Shown here in pieces: positions 48,117-61,000 of a DNA stretch of 64,000 nucleotides. Position numbers and translations under genes: made by a program. Below the pieces are notes generated by a model. That model did no database searches, had not been told where the DNA came from, and saw nothing but the letters and a program-made list of their open reading frames with translations. Every line of letters starts with the position of its first letter. Position 1 is the first letter of the stretch. Origin of the DNA: Podarcis pityusensis. Its lineage: Eukaryota. The stretch is from assembly GCA_964106645.2 (NCBI GenBank), contig OZ067042.1; one strand, given 5' to 3'.

Positions 48117-51100
48117 TATTTATGTATGTATGCATGTACAATTTTCTTATCTCAGTGTTTTTAAATAGAGCAATACTGAGTGGCTCACTGTCCCTTGGGC
48201 ACATGGGATGGTGTAAAAAACATATGGTCTCTCTTTTCAATCTGTTCCCAATTTGCCAGCTAAGCTTCTTCTGAACGACTTGCTCTGAAAGTTTGAATAA
48301 CCAAAATTATGTAACTACAGTGTTTCTCTTAATACTGTGGCAGAGGTTATGTTCATTGGGTGATGTATTTTTGTGAGATGGATGGAAACACTGCCAACAG
48401 AACCATAGAGAACAAGCATATCTTTGCCAACCTCTTGTATTATTTGTGTTAACTACCAAACAAAGTGTATTTAGAGTGGAAAAACTCCAAACATTTCTGA
48501 TCTTTGAGAATTTGGAAGAAAGGGCTTCTCTATCTGAGCAAGATATCCCCAGATGTTGTTTTAACAGTTTAGGAGTAGCACAACACAGGCCAAGCAAAGT
48601 GGACTTCAGAAGCATCTCTTGGGAAGTTTAGGGATTTTCCCCATCCTGTAGCTTCTAATCTAAAGACTCAGTTGACCTTGAACACTAAATCACCAATTGC
48701 GTCCAATGCTAGGGGGCATCACACTGTTTTTTTCTAATAAGACACTCACTGTGGATCTCTTAATACAGTGTGATTCTACACTGAACACTTCTATGATCCA
48801 GGAGGGCTGGAAGTAGTATAAGGCCTCTGCTCTGAATGACAAATCAGACTGCCTAGCTCATGCTACCTCTGTGTTGAAGGGAGGCTTTTGGGACCACATT
48901 TGCTCATTTTCCAGGAGCGCCTATGTATCTGGCTATTAGGGAGTTATGTATGTATAAACAACAGACTCCATAAATGCTTTTAAATACACTTCTTCATTTG
49001 AAATTTAGTTAGGATGTAGGCAACCAAATGATGCATCTCTGAACTCTTAATTATTTCCTCTAATTATTGAACACTGCCACTTTTTCAGGCCTTCACAATA
49101 CTGTGCTGTGGGATAGCCCCATGCTCCGTAACAAAGCCTGTAATTCTGATTATATGTTTAATCGGAGTCTCCGACATTGGAGATAATAATCAGAATAACT
49201 CTGAAGTAAGTCTTGTGATAGATTGGAAACTGTTGACTGAAACTAATATCCTGGTCTTGGCTATTTTCCTGTGACCTGATAAGACTAAATGAAAAAAAGG
49301 GAGAGCAGAAAGGCTGGTGACACGAATTAAAATGTAGGAGGAATACTGAATCAAGAATAATTACAATTAGATGTAGCTACTTAAATAACACTCCCCTCTG
49401 CCAGCCCAATGCTGTGTGCATTTGTAAATCTCACCAAGTCTACTGAGACTTAGACTGTATACCCACCATTCATTTAAGCACATCCTCTTCCCTGCTCCAA
49501 AACAATTCACAGTTAAAATCCCAACAGACTTAACAAATTAGTTTCCAGGATTCTTTGGCTGGGGTTGGTGGTGATGTGCTTTAAATATATGCTGTGTATG
49601 CAACCTAGATCCCAGCCAGCTGCGCAGAAATGACACCTAAAGATGTAGCCTTTAACTTGATTGTCTTTACTATTATCAGCAAGTTCCCAGAAGGGGACTT
49701 GCTTGGGGTCTCCTACTGTGACTGAGTACAGGCTAGATCCCTAGCACTCAAGGTCCAAGTACAGCACTCTCACCTAGGAAAGAAATTCATTGACCTCATA
49801 CTGTGTTTTGGATTAACTTGGAAGTGGCAAAATAGATTCTGGCAGCTTCTTAGTGCTCCTGTACTCAACAGAGGACTTTGGGGGCTTGGGCAGCATCTTT
49901 CTTTGCCACCCCACACAAAGCAAGAAACCCTACTGAGTTCTCTGTGCGGTGTAGAGAACTCAAAGAAGAGACAGAGTTTCTTCTTCATGCAGGCTCACAA
50001 ACGTAGGTACCAGGAAGAGATTTCTGGTTCCTGATGATGACATGGCGAATATATTTTCCTTCTATACATCCTCCCTCTTCGTTAACAGGTACCAGGTGCT
50101 ATACTGTAGATCCCAAGGCTGCCTCTGGTGGATTCAGGATTCTGCTTGAGTTCCCTCATTTTCCATTATGGCAGTTTCCATGGTTAGTAAACAGCTAACT
50201 CCAAACAAAGGACTGGGAATGTCCAACATGTAATTTACTTTTCTTTTTACACCTGTTTTCAGTGATCTACAGAATTGCTTGTTTCCACCTCTCAGTAATT
50301 TATTTCCACCCTCAATCTGTAGCTTTGTTTTCTATCCAGGCATCTTACTTGTTACCACCACCAGCTCTGCCCACAGAAAAGCCCCCTTTAAGTTGTTATT
50401 ACTTTCCCACATTTTCTTTCCCCCCCCCTTTTTTTTTGCTCTTGCACTACCATGCTCTTCTCTTTATCTTTTAAGGGCTCTCCCTAAAACTGCCTCTGTT
50501 TCTCAGCTCTCCTAATTACACTGCTTTTATTTACTCTGCTTTCTTGTTCCCTTTCTTCTGCTTCCCTAAAAGCCCTGGTAGTAGGTAGTGATTGAGCCGG
50601 GCAAAAGGTTATTCAGAAAGAGATTGATTCTGTTATTAAACCAACCCAACACAGGAAAGGCTATATTTGTAAGTCACTATTTGAGTGGTGAAAGCAAAAG
50701 GCTGGATAATTCATTCTCCCAGAAACTGGGATAAGAATCTTAGCCAGGTTTATAATGTGTTTCAGTCATGCACAGTCTAGGGAGACCTGAATATAGAAGA
50801 TAAGCTCCCTGGTGCTGGAAGCCCTTTAGTACAGGGTGAGAAACCTGTTGCTCTCCAGATGTTGGATTTCCAACTGCCTTTACCCCTAGCCAGCATTACC
50901 AGTGGTCAGGGGATGATGAGAGTTATAGTCCAGCCACATCTGGAAGGGCACCGGTACCGCAGTCCTGCTTCAGCAGGTACTCCTGGACATCTTTTCGTTT
51001 TGTAGTCATGAAGGCTAGTGAGGATGGAGGAATTGCAGCCTAACATAACAGAAACCCTTCTTGCTAATACCTATTTTCCTGAATAAGAGACATCTATATA

Positions 51101-52226
51101 TTCTGCACTTTTAAGTCAAGTGTCTTCAAGCCTGAGAGCTAATGAACTGTTTTTGGGGTAGACAATACCAGCTCTTTGGAAAGCTAAGGGGAAGGTTATT
51201 ATTTTTCTTTTCATGCCAGGTGCCAAGGATTGATTCACATATGTGAAGGCCTTTGTTTGAAGTCTCAGGACTACCCTCCTACTCATGTAATTATTTGCAT
51301 TATGCACAGTACTCCAAAGAGCAGTTTAGGAGTACTTAGGAACTCTTTCGAAAATGAAAGTACCGTATGTGCAGAATTGGAAGGGGGATCCTGTCCCTCA
51401 CTTTAAAATACAGGTGTTGAGAACTAGGCACACAATGTGAAAATGACGTGTGTTTTTTCCTGGATTCCTTTCTGCATTTTGCCCCTTTAAACACCGTAGC
51501 TCTCACCCTCCAGCCCAGATGAAAGAAGTCTAATCAGATTATGCTCAGTCCTTTTTTAATTTACATTGACTTTTCATATGTCAACACATGATTTCAAAAC
51601 CTTTCTGATCAGCTTTTATCCTCTGATGGGTGTAAGCTCTGCTTGATTTCCCTTGAACTGAAAACATACCTTGTGCTTTATGCTTGGTCACTTACCATCA
51701 ACACCCTTCTCCTGACACAGATATTAGTATTAGTGTCTTAACAAGCTAGGAGATAGGCTTCTGAGAGCTGAACTGAGCCCCAAAGAAGCAGAGCTTATGT
51801 GATTTGTTCATCAGCCTTCATCATCTGAAGATAATTTCCAACCTCCTTCTTAAATAGTAGCTGTTCAGTGTCACATTTAACTGTATTTCTATTATTTTGA
51901 TTTATTTGATTTCTTTATTTAAAAGCATTTCTAAACCACTTGATATTTTAAAATCCCTAAGTGGTATAAACTAACAATCAACTGTATATAATAAAAGCAG
52001 CATTATAAAAACAGATAAAAACCGACAGGTGAAAACAGAAATTCAGATATAACAGGCTCCAATATTGGAAAAAGCCTGGGCAAAAAGGTTGTGTCTTCAG
52101 AAGGCACTTTTGAAGCAAGTAATAGATGATGTTTCACACATGGCGGAGGGAAGAGCATTCAACACTGCAGGGGCGATGGCAGAAAAAGACTGTTTTGGGA
52201 TGACTGCCCTGTGATACTCTGTAGGA

Positions 52227-52362
52227 CAGGCATAGGCAAACTCAGCCCTCCAGATGTTTTGGGACTACAACTCCCATAATCCCTTGCTAACAGGACCAGT
52301 GGTCAGGGATGATGGGAGCTGTAGTCCCAAAACATCTGGAGGGCTGAGTTTGCCTATGCCTG
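52227..52362. mobile_element. Palindromic hAT MITE, 136 bp
   Basis: Long TIRs CAGGCATAGGCAAACTCAGCCCTCCAGATG; 8-bp TSD ctgtagga. Older related copies near 2.0, 3.9, 9.85, 20.65, 31.4, 33.55, 40.35 and 50.9 kb. Confidence 0.92.
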
Positions 52363-53093
52363 CTGTAGGATATGATGCCACAAGTAAAAGTTTCCCATGT
52401 GCTCTAAATGATCTTATGTTTTAAGCTGTTTGCTTGTATTTAACTGTCTGTTGCCATTCTATTTTTAAAATATATTCTACAAAGTTGCTTTGTCTTTCTT
52501 TCCATGTAAAGTGTTTAAACACTTCCTCTTTGAAGAAAAGCAAGGACACTTGGAGCGAGCACTGCATGCCATTTTCTCCCAGGTTCATAGTGCGAACAAC
52601 ATGTAAATTTACTTAAGTGATAGATAATGTGAGAGAAAACAAGGCTTTATTTATTTATTTATTTATTTATTTCATAAAATTTATATGCCACTTGATTGTG
52701 GAAAAACCCCCTCAAAGCAGTTTTACAGTATGAAATGCAAGCAGTTTTAAATAAGAAAATGTCTCCAAATGGTCACCTCTCCCTGTTATTCTGCTGTCAC
52801 TGTTCATTCTTTTAAAAGCATTCCTGCATATTGAATTTGAAATACAACCATAAGAAACAACTAGTGGGTATATCTCATTTTCTTCCCCTCCTTCGGCATA
52901 TTCCTAAGATTATAAATCCCTCCCATGTTATCTCCTCCTTCAGGGTAGGACAGTCTTGCCAAACCCTGGTTCTAAGGTTCTGTTCTTTACATGTTACAGA
53001 ATAAGTGGATACCACAGGTGCACTTCACTTTGTTGTCACCTGGGAAGAAGCTATGATTGGCCATAACTTCTCGGTGTGTATGATACATGTACA

Positions 53094-53241
53094 CAGTGCT
53101 TTTTTTCCTTAAAAAAATGTTTAGGGGTACTCTCATTTTCCTACTCATATTGAAATACTGCCCCCCATTAAATCCAAACTTAGATTCACAAAATGTTTAG
53201 TGGTATGTGTACACCTGTGTCCCCTCAGAAAAAAAGCACTG
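53094..53241. mobile_element. hAT MITE
   Basis: TIR CAGTGCTTTTTTT; 8-bp TSD catgtaca. Confidence 0.9.
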
Positions 53242-56200
53242 CATGTACATATGGCAAAACAGATTGTACTATAGATCTTTCAGATATAATCAAATAGATA
53301 CCCATTTGTGTAGCATACACTTGCTTCTTTAATATAACTTCTGACAAAATTAGGCAGTGCTTGGTGGGTAATTTTAGGGGCAGGATCTGGCCTGCAAGCT
53401 CTTGGTTCATCTTCCCTGCTTTAAAAGGTTAGAATGTTGCACATATAGAGGTATTGAAATGTAGCCAAGATGAGCACTTTAAAGAAAACTCTAGTGTAGA
53501 AATATTAATAATGTATACATTATTGATAGAGTGTTCCCAAGGGGAAAATGTCTGGAAACAAAAGGGTTTTGTGATACAGAAGGAATTTTTTGTATGTATT
53601 TTTGCTTTTATGCTACATAGGCAGTCAGCCTAGAGGGCTAAAAATAGCCTTGTTATCTAAGCTTCCAACCTGGAATATTACAAGAGGGTTATGAGGAAAA
53701 AACAGTTCAGTATAGCTTTCAGCTATATTTATAATGCTTGCTTTCCTTAGCTTTCCTCTTCTAGTGTGTCACTATTTGGTCGCCTTGTAATTCATAAGAA
53801 GGCAGCATTCAAGTGTGTAAAACATCATTGGGAGGAAAAGAGTAGAGATACATGCTAAACATGAGATGAGATTTATGACACATTTGAGATAAGGCCCTGT
53901 GGCAGTAGAGAGAAAAATTTGGTGCTAATTTACAGTCTAGCAACAGCAACATTTTCTCACAGCATAGTGAGCATTTAATGATGCCAGAGGCACAGAGTGG
54001 AGTCATGTAATGAGATATTTTTAATATCCAGATACAAGCAGAAGTAATTTCCTTTCTGCGAAGATATCTGAGACCTGTTAGTCACCATCAACTGAATCTG
54101 AACTGAGCTGAGGCCACTTCACAGGGTACCAACATCACTGTATATGCAGACAAATTTGACATTGTCCAAATGCAGGATAGTTTGTTCAAACCATAGCTTG
54201 TTAACAAAATAGAAAACCATGGTCTGGTTCACACATAATGCTGAACCATGGTTTTAGCATTACAGCCACAGGTAGGAAGGGGCTGCTATGAGCTTCCCCT
54301 TACACCCTCCTCCTTTAGCTAGGAAGAGGGCTTTGATAGAGTTTAATTTTACTTTCAGTAGATCCTGACTTGTTATGTATAAACCAGATATAATTATATA
54401 AGGAAAAACACTGACCCTTTTCTAAACATGACAATTTTAAACCTTGCATTATTATGCTGCCTTGTTTAACTAACCAGAGTTTGTTTTAAGCTTCCTTCTA
54501 TTTGGAACTCCTCCCCTCCCACCATGAAAATCACTCTTGGTTTTGAGAGAACTTTTAAGATCTTTTAATTTATGCCTGCATTTGGTTAATGGGTTATGCT
54601 TGGAAAAAAGTGTTAGTTTCTGCTGGCTTTGAAGTTGGTGGGGCTTTTTTGAAATTGTAATTAGTATTTTTATGAAGTTTCTGTGTGTTTTTATTTCCTC
54701 CCTGTAAACTGCCTTGTGGGGATTCTGAAAGAGTTAGAAATCTATTCTGATGATGAATCCCATCTGATGCATTATTCTGATGTATTTTTATACAAAATGA
54801 AATGAACAATTGTGTTGTTGAGACATATTCCAGAATGCAAGAGGAGTGTCCAGAGCCTTGGGAGGTACTCATTTTTTCACTGTTCCAGAGGCCTCACAAG
54901 ATCTTTAGGTGATGTTGATACAAAGCATCACCTGGACGCTAAAATGCTATAATTGGTATCGTTGTGTAATGTCTGCAGCTTCTTATATAGTTCAGGCTAA
55001 TAAAAATCTCCTGCTGTAGATGAAGAATACAGTAAAGAGGATCTAAGCAAAGTGAATATTAAATGGAATGGAACTAATGAGCTTTCTTAAGATGTTTTCC
55101 AGGAGTTGGGTGACATCATCAACATTTCTGAGATGATAGTCACCTTTGATCTTTTTTCCCTTGGGAAGCTAAAGGGGGTGGCTGAAGACTAGAGATTAAA
55201 GGGGGGGAAACATCCTTTTCTACTCATTATTTGCAAGAAGATGAAAGAAGGCACAATCTATTGGCAACTTTTATACCACTATTGAAATGAATCTGATATG
55301 CACAAAATATTTTCCATACCAATGGAATCTGCACATGAGAACTTCCTTTGTCAAAATTCTTTAAAAGCATTCTCCCCCTTCTCCTGCATCTCCAAACCAA
55401 GAGAAGCTTCACATGTTGATTTTCTGCTTGTCATGTAGCTGATGAAGGCACAGGAGCTGTGGCAGAGAAACAGGACATTCCTGTTCTCTGTGTGTTTTGC
55501 AGTGACTACTGGTAAATCCATTCCTATCTGCAGCAGAGCAATCTGTAGTAACTTGGTTTTAGACCTGAGTCTTCTGATGTACCAAAGGGACAGACTACAT
55601 GTTAAGCATGTGCTTACAACTATTCATGGTTTTTTTGTTTTTTACAAAATCATCTGTGGGAATCCACAGAACTTAAAAAACCTGCAAGAACCCTCAATTT
55701 CTTCCTTTGTCATTTTCCTGCTAAAATGCCTCTTGACACTGTTAGTTGCCCCTAGAGGTGCTATTTATATATATTGAGTTTACAAGAGACCTAGCCTACT
55801 TAGAGGCTTTATATGGTATTTATGCATTTTCCAATATCAAGGATCCGAAGCATTAATTAATGTTAAGCAAAACAAAGCAAAGCTGATGAACAGAAAGCAT
55901 ATTATAGGCTGTTGACACTGTTCTGAAGAGGCCTTTGTATGCACTTCTGATGGCTGGGGAGTTTTACTAGTGGGTGCCAAAGATTAACTGTCCTTGTATG
56001 AGCTGACCTAATATAATTAACTTGTGTTAAGCTTGAGCTGTCTTGGGATAAGTATAAGGCAAAATAACTCAAAAATCAAATCAATTGGGGGGGGGGGGTG
56101 TCTTGTGACATAGTAGGACTAGTTTTCCAGGGATCTGTGTTGCTAAAAGTGACCTGGATGGGGTGACCTGGGATCCTATGCATCAGATGGGCAAACTCTA

Positions 56201-56327
56201 CCATAGTAAATTATTTAATGGCCAGAATAGCTTGGGACTTGATCCATTTTGTGCCTAATATTTGCTTAAGAGGCCTAGTTTGTTTATTTAATTAATTAAT
56301 TAATTTATATTCCACTAAGGTGCTCAA

Positions 56328-56464
56328 GGTACGCAGGTGGTGCTGTGGTCTAAACCACTGAGCCTAGGGCTTGCCGATCAGAAGGTCGGCGGTTTGAATC
56401 CCTGTGACGGGGTAAGCTCCCATTGCTCAGTCCCAGCTCCTGCCAACCTAGCAGTTTGAAAGCA
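56328..56464 (+). mobile_element. Sauria SINE 5' part, interrupted by the inverted duplication
   Basis: ggtacgcaggtggtgctgtgg...ctagcagtttgaaagca, then an abrupt switch to the inverted copy. Confidence 0.88.
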
Positions 56465-56472
56465 AACTTTCA

Positions 56473-57504
56473 AACAGCTCCCCTCCTCCTTTTGTGGGTC
56501 TCACGTGCTTATCTGGTACGGGTAGCGACAGACAGGTGTAGCAGCAGCCAAAGTGCTTTGATCACCACCGGCTGGGAGTCACTATTTTATTTTCCCATAA
56601 TGCCACAGGTGGAATATCACTGTGGAGCATTGTGGGAAATTTAAGTTTTTGCCTTCATACTAAGCTGTTAAGTGCAGAGAGCCTGGAAAGGGCATCAGCA
56701 CAAGTGGGCCCAGCTGACTAGTGGTATTGATACAAGACCTTTATTAATCACGAGACTGCAAAGCTTTTTATTTTTATCTGCACAATAATCTCTCAGTAAC
56801 ATCCTCCCAATAAAATAAAATCTTAGCCTCTTGTTCATGAATGACAGATCTGGTGGCATGCATTGCATTCTCTCTTTATCCATGTTCAAAGTGACAACAA
56901 GAGCCAGAAAATGTTTACTCGCATCTGGACATTCAGCAGGAGGAGTAAGAGAACCCTTACACATAGGTTCACCTAAAATTTGTACTCCCCATCATCCTTA
57001 CCCTACTTAGAGGGGAGGGAAATAAAGCACTGAGTTGGAGGTGTTCTGAGGATCCTCAAGACCCAACGTGTCTGCAGAGACAAGCCCCATCCTCCTTCCC
57101 AGATCTGAGCTGGAGCAAGGATTGTTGTCCCTATTTTCCCTGAGTTACAGAGAGACTCAGACTGAGCTGATGACATTCCTTGCCCTTCTCCCAAGCCTGG
57201 AGAAAAGCCAGGACTCTCACTCTCAGGATGAGTACAAGGGTCTGGAAGATTCCTCCTCTCTCTTAGTGACTTGAAAGAAGATGGACAGAATCTCACCAGA
57301 ACAGAAAAATGTATTTGCCAATGGTAAACTGGTAAGTGAATTTCTGGACCACCACTCCTGCCCATATAGCTGTTCAAATTGTATTGGAGTAAGCTGTCTG
57401 GTGGACCAGGGTGGCGCTGTGGGTTAAACCACAGAGCCTAGGGCTTGCTGATCAGAAGGTCGGCGGTTTGAATCCCCGTGACGGGGTGACCTCCCGTTGC
57501 TCAG
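56473..57504 (-). repeat. Inverted duplicate of 44392-45423 (1032 bp, about 99% identical)
   Basis: Reverse-complement match with no net indel and about ten substitutions by eye. Explains the twin ORFs 44519/57003, 44622/57068 and 44920/56695. Confidence 0.95.
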
Positions 57505-57713
57505 TCCCAGCTCCTGCCAACCTAGCAATTCGAAAGCACGTCAAAGTGCAAGTAGATAAATAGGTACTGCTCCGGCGGGAAGGTAAACGGCGTTTCCGTG
57601 TGCTGCTCTGGTTCGCCAGAAGCGGCTTAGTCATGCTGGCCACTAAAGCAAGATGAGCGCTGCAACCCGAGTCGCCCATGACTGGACCTAATGGTCAGGG
57701 GTCCCTTTACCTT
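57403..57713 (+). mobile_element. Chimeric Sauria SINE (5' part from the 41.2-kb copy, 3' part from the resident copy)
   Basis: The first ~100 nt carry the variants of the 41157-41512 SINE. The 3' half has an internal deletion and many differences from it. Confidence 0.8.
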
Positions 57714-57762
57714 TAAGCTGTTCAAAGTAGTGCATGTGGTTCTCCCACTCACACACATTATA

Positions 57763-58020
57763 CCGAATTTTTTGCTCTATAAGACTCACTTTTTCCCTCC
57801 TAAAAAGTAAGGGGAAATGTGTGTGCGTCTTATGGAGCAAATGCAGGCTGCGCAGCTATCCCAGAAGCCAGAACAGCAAGAGGGATTACTGCTTTCACTG
57901 CGCAGCAATCCCTCTTGCTGTTCTGGCTTCTGAGATTCAGAATATTATTTTCTTGTTTTCCTCCTCCAAAAACTAGGTGCGTCTTGTGGTCTGGTGCATC
58001 TTATAGAGCGAAAAATACGG
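57763..58020. mobile_element. Related CCGTA-TIR MITE
   Basis: TA|CCGAATTTTTTGCTCTATAAGA...TCTTATAGAGCGAAAAATACGG|TA with an internal palindrome. Confidence 0.85.
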
Positions 58021-61000
58021 TATTTACAACAGTCCCGTGAGGTGGATTAGTCTGAGGAATAGTGATGGGTCCAAAGTCACCCAGCAAACTTCATGGCTGA
58101 GAGGGTTTTTTAAACCCGGGTCTCCTCAATCCTAGTCTGGCACTCAGCTGTGGCAGCTGGAACTGTAGATGAACTCCAGACACACTGCAAGCTGACAAAA
58201 TACTGACTTTTTGCTAGAGCAGGTTGCTGAAGGACTTTGCATAGAAACAGGGTGGCATCACTTGCATGGTGTGAACCAAGTCATCTTCCACTCATCAGTG
58301 TTGGTGGTGGTCAGCGAGTGCATGGGACCTTCCTCCTTCTTGGCTACAGCTTGGTAGTGGTCAAGAATTGCACCATGCACTGCCCAACAGACTGCAGCAG
58401 GCAATAACTTAAATACCAAAATCAAAGAATGAGATTGCAACAAAGTTCTGGGGTCACCATTGTAGTGTCCATGGCTGGAATAATTTCTCTGTGGTCTTCC
58501 CCTAGTGCCCATGAAGCCGCTGAGCCCCCACTCTATTCTATGATTCTTGGAACCATTTTTCTCTCTTGAAAAGTACAAAGACCTGAAGGAGAAATTTGGA
58601 AGAGTGTATTTCCCACTACCTCTGAGTGTCAACTCTATGTGCTTTTCAAGGCTCAAATTAATTTTGCTGGAATTAGCTCAGGGGGGCACCCATGACATTC
58701 AAAAATTCAAATGTACTTACACGCCCCCAAAAGTTGATGACCCGTGTAATAGTTTAAAAACTGTGAATTATGAATGAAGCCAAGAGAAGCAAAATCTAGC
58801 GAGATGCTCAAGGGATGTGTATCTGAAGAAGCAAGCTTGAACCTGGTTTGTGAATTGGGATGTCTCTGTTTATGTTCCAATCAGAGATAATGAGATGCAC
58901 ATGGAGAGAAAAACTAGGCCCATTTCTATTTAGCAATCTTCAAGCATTTGGCAAATAGACACATCCAGTAGAGTTTAATGCTGTGACAGTTTAATTTTCT
59001 TATCAGTGCAAATACAGTACATGGAGACTTGGTGCCTAATTTAGTCATGTTGCTTTAGCAACACCATGTGGGATGCAAAATGATCTCCTTGGTAACGTTT
59101 CCTATCAGTTCAATGAGTGACCGTCATAAACATGGAAGCAAATTGTAAAAACAGCCAGACTCATGGACGGGATCTTTTTATAGCTGCAGAGGTTATGATT
59201 TGGTAAAAGAGAGCGGGGAAACATGTCTTTAAAAAAGTAAATTTTTTATTCAATGAACTAAAGCCATTGTAGGATTTTTGGAATCATGTGACAGAGCCCT
59301 GAGGTCGTGTATTTACAATGATTGCCTATTCCTATTTAAATCTGCCTGTAGCTTGGTATCCTTGAGATATGAATTTGTTTCCTTCGTCCTTGTTTCCAGC
59401 CACTCCACTTGCTTGACTAGGTTTCATCTGATTTTACACAGCCAGGCCTCTCTGCTTGTGTCACAAAAGTGATGGCAACATATAGGATGGGGCTCCTTAT
59501 ATGCAGATGCTGGAGAGCATGTGACTACCTTTTATGTGGTTAGGTGTCATATTCTCCTTGTCCTGCAGCAATTCCACTAGATTTCAGTTTTGCTTCCAGG
59601 TTCAAATCAAGAAAAATTAAAGGAGTGGTGGCTGGGGGGGGGGGGGGGAGAGAGAGTGGAAAGAGAAGGGAAACTTGAGGTACTTGAAATGATGCTTATT
59701 CTAGGACTAACACACTTAGGTGCAAGTTTTTTAGCAGAGGTTCACAGCAAATGAGTGGAACAGTATAAAAATGTGTTGCTGCTAAATCTATCTATCTATC
59801 TGTCTATCTATCCCCAGGCAGATCCGTGCAGAGCTTGTCTGAGGCCCAAGGTGGGAGTCTTGTTAGAAGAAGGTTATAAACTCAAACAAAAAACAGTCAG
59901 TCCCTGGCAGGACCCCCCCACCCACCCTAGCCCTCCAAGGCCTGGGGCAGGTGCACCTGGCTGCCCCTCCCTCTGCATGGACCTGCTCCCAGGAAATATC
60001 CCCCCCCCCAATGCATTGGGTATGGCATAAGTTCCATGTCATTTCATACAGCTGGAGTTGTTGACTTCTCCTCCCCACCTCTGTGCTGTTCACCATGCTG
60101 GGGGCGGGGGCACTTTAAGATGCTTTCCTCTAGGCTACTTCCCATAGCAGAAGGGAAGAGGGCTGAGAGGAAAGCAGCTGAGCACAGCAAGGTAAGGTGG
60201 AGGAAGAGGGGCTGGATTACTCTCTTCTCCTTGTGCTCATTTTGATATAAAAAGTAGCCCTTCCCCAGCAAGCCTGTGTTTCATAAGCTAAACACAAAAG
60301 TCTAGTTTGGCCCAAATTGGGTGCGAGGAAGCCCCCCCCCCCCACAATTATGGTGCTCTTTTGTGGAACTCCCTTGCCTCAAGGAAGACAGCTGCTGGGC
60401 ATCCCTGCTACATAGATTTTGCTATCATTTGAACGCTTCATTTTTGGAAGGCCCTGGTGGGGTTTGTTGAAATGCAGCCATTCTATGTTTTTTTATGTCA
60501 CAGCTGAAATTAGTTTTTAGTTCTCTTTTCAACTTGATGGTTTAAGGACTTTGATTAGATGTCTCCTTCGGTGTTCAGTACTGAGTTGGAAAGGCATATG
60601 GTAATTATTGTAGATATAAAAATATATATACCCTCTCTTTTAGTGATACTTCTTTGCAGAGATTATGTTTTGCTGTTAATTGCTCAGGGAAAAGCACCAC
60701 AGACTTTGCCTGTTTACTTCTTTCCAGAGTTCACAAGTAATACTCTTAATTGCTGTGCATCTCATGGAAATGCTCTTAATTATTTCTGTTTAGACAGGCT
60801 TCTGACAGCTAGCATTAAGTTGGCAGGAGGTGGGGACACTTTAGTATTTAAAGCTGCTTTTAATTGACATATTATACACTTGTTTCCAGTTGCAATACCA
60901 TGCCTTGACCTTGGGGCTGGGATGGGTTACAGATTAAAGTAAATCTATGAAGACTGGTGATGTTATAGGTCTGAAGAGGAGTGTGATAGGGTGTAGCCCA

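Noticed and set aside
58258-58656. 132-aa minus-strand ORF, considered as a possible retrocopy
   Set aside because: Non-ATG start, no recognisable homology, no poly(A) tail or TSD.
60670-60870. TAAT-rich repeat-free block that might be a conserved non-coding element
   Set aside because: Cannot be distinguished from AT-rich background without a multi-species alignment.
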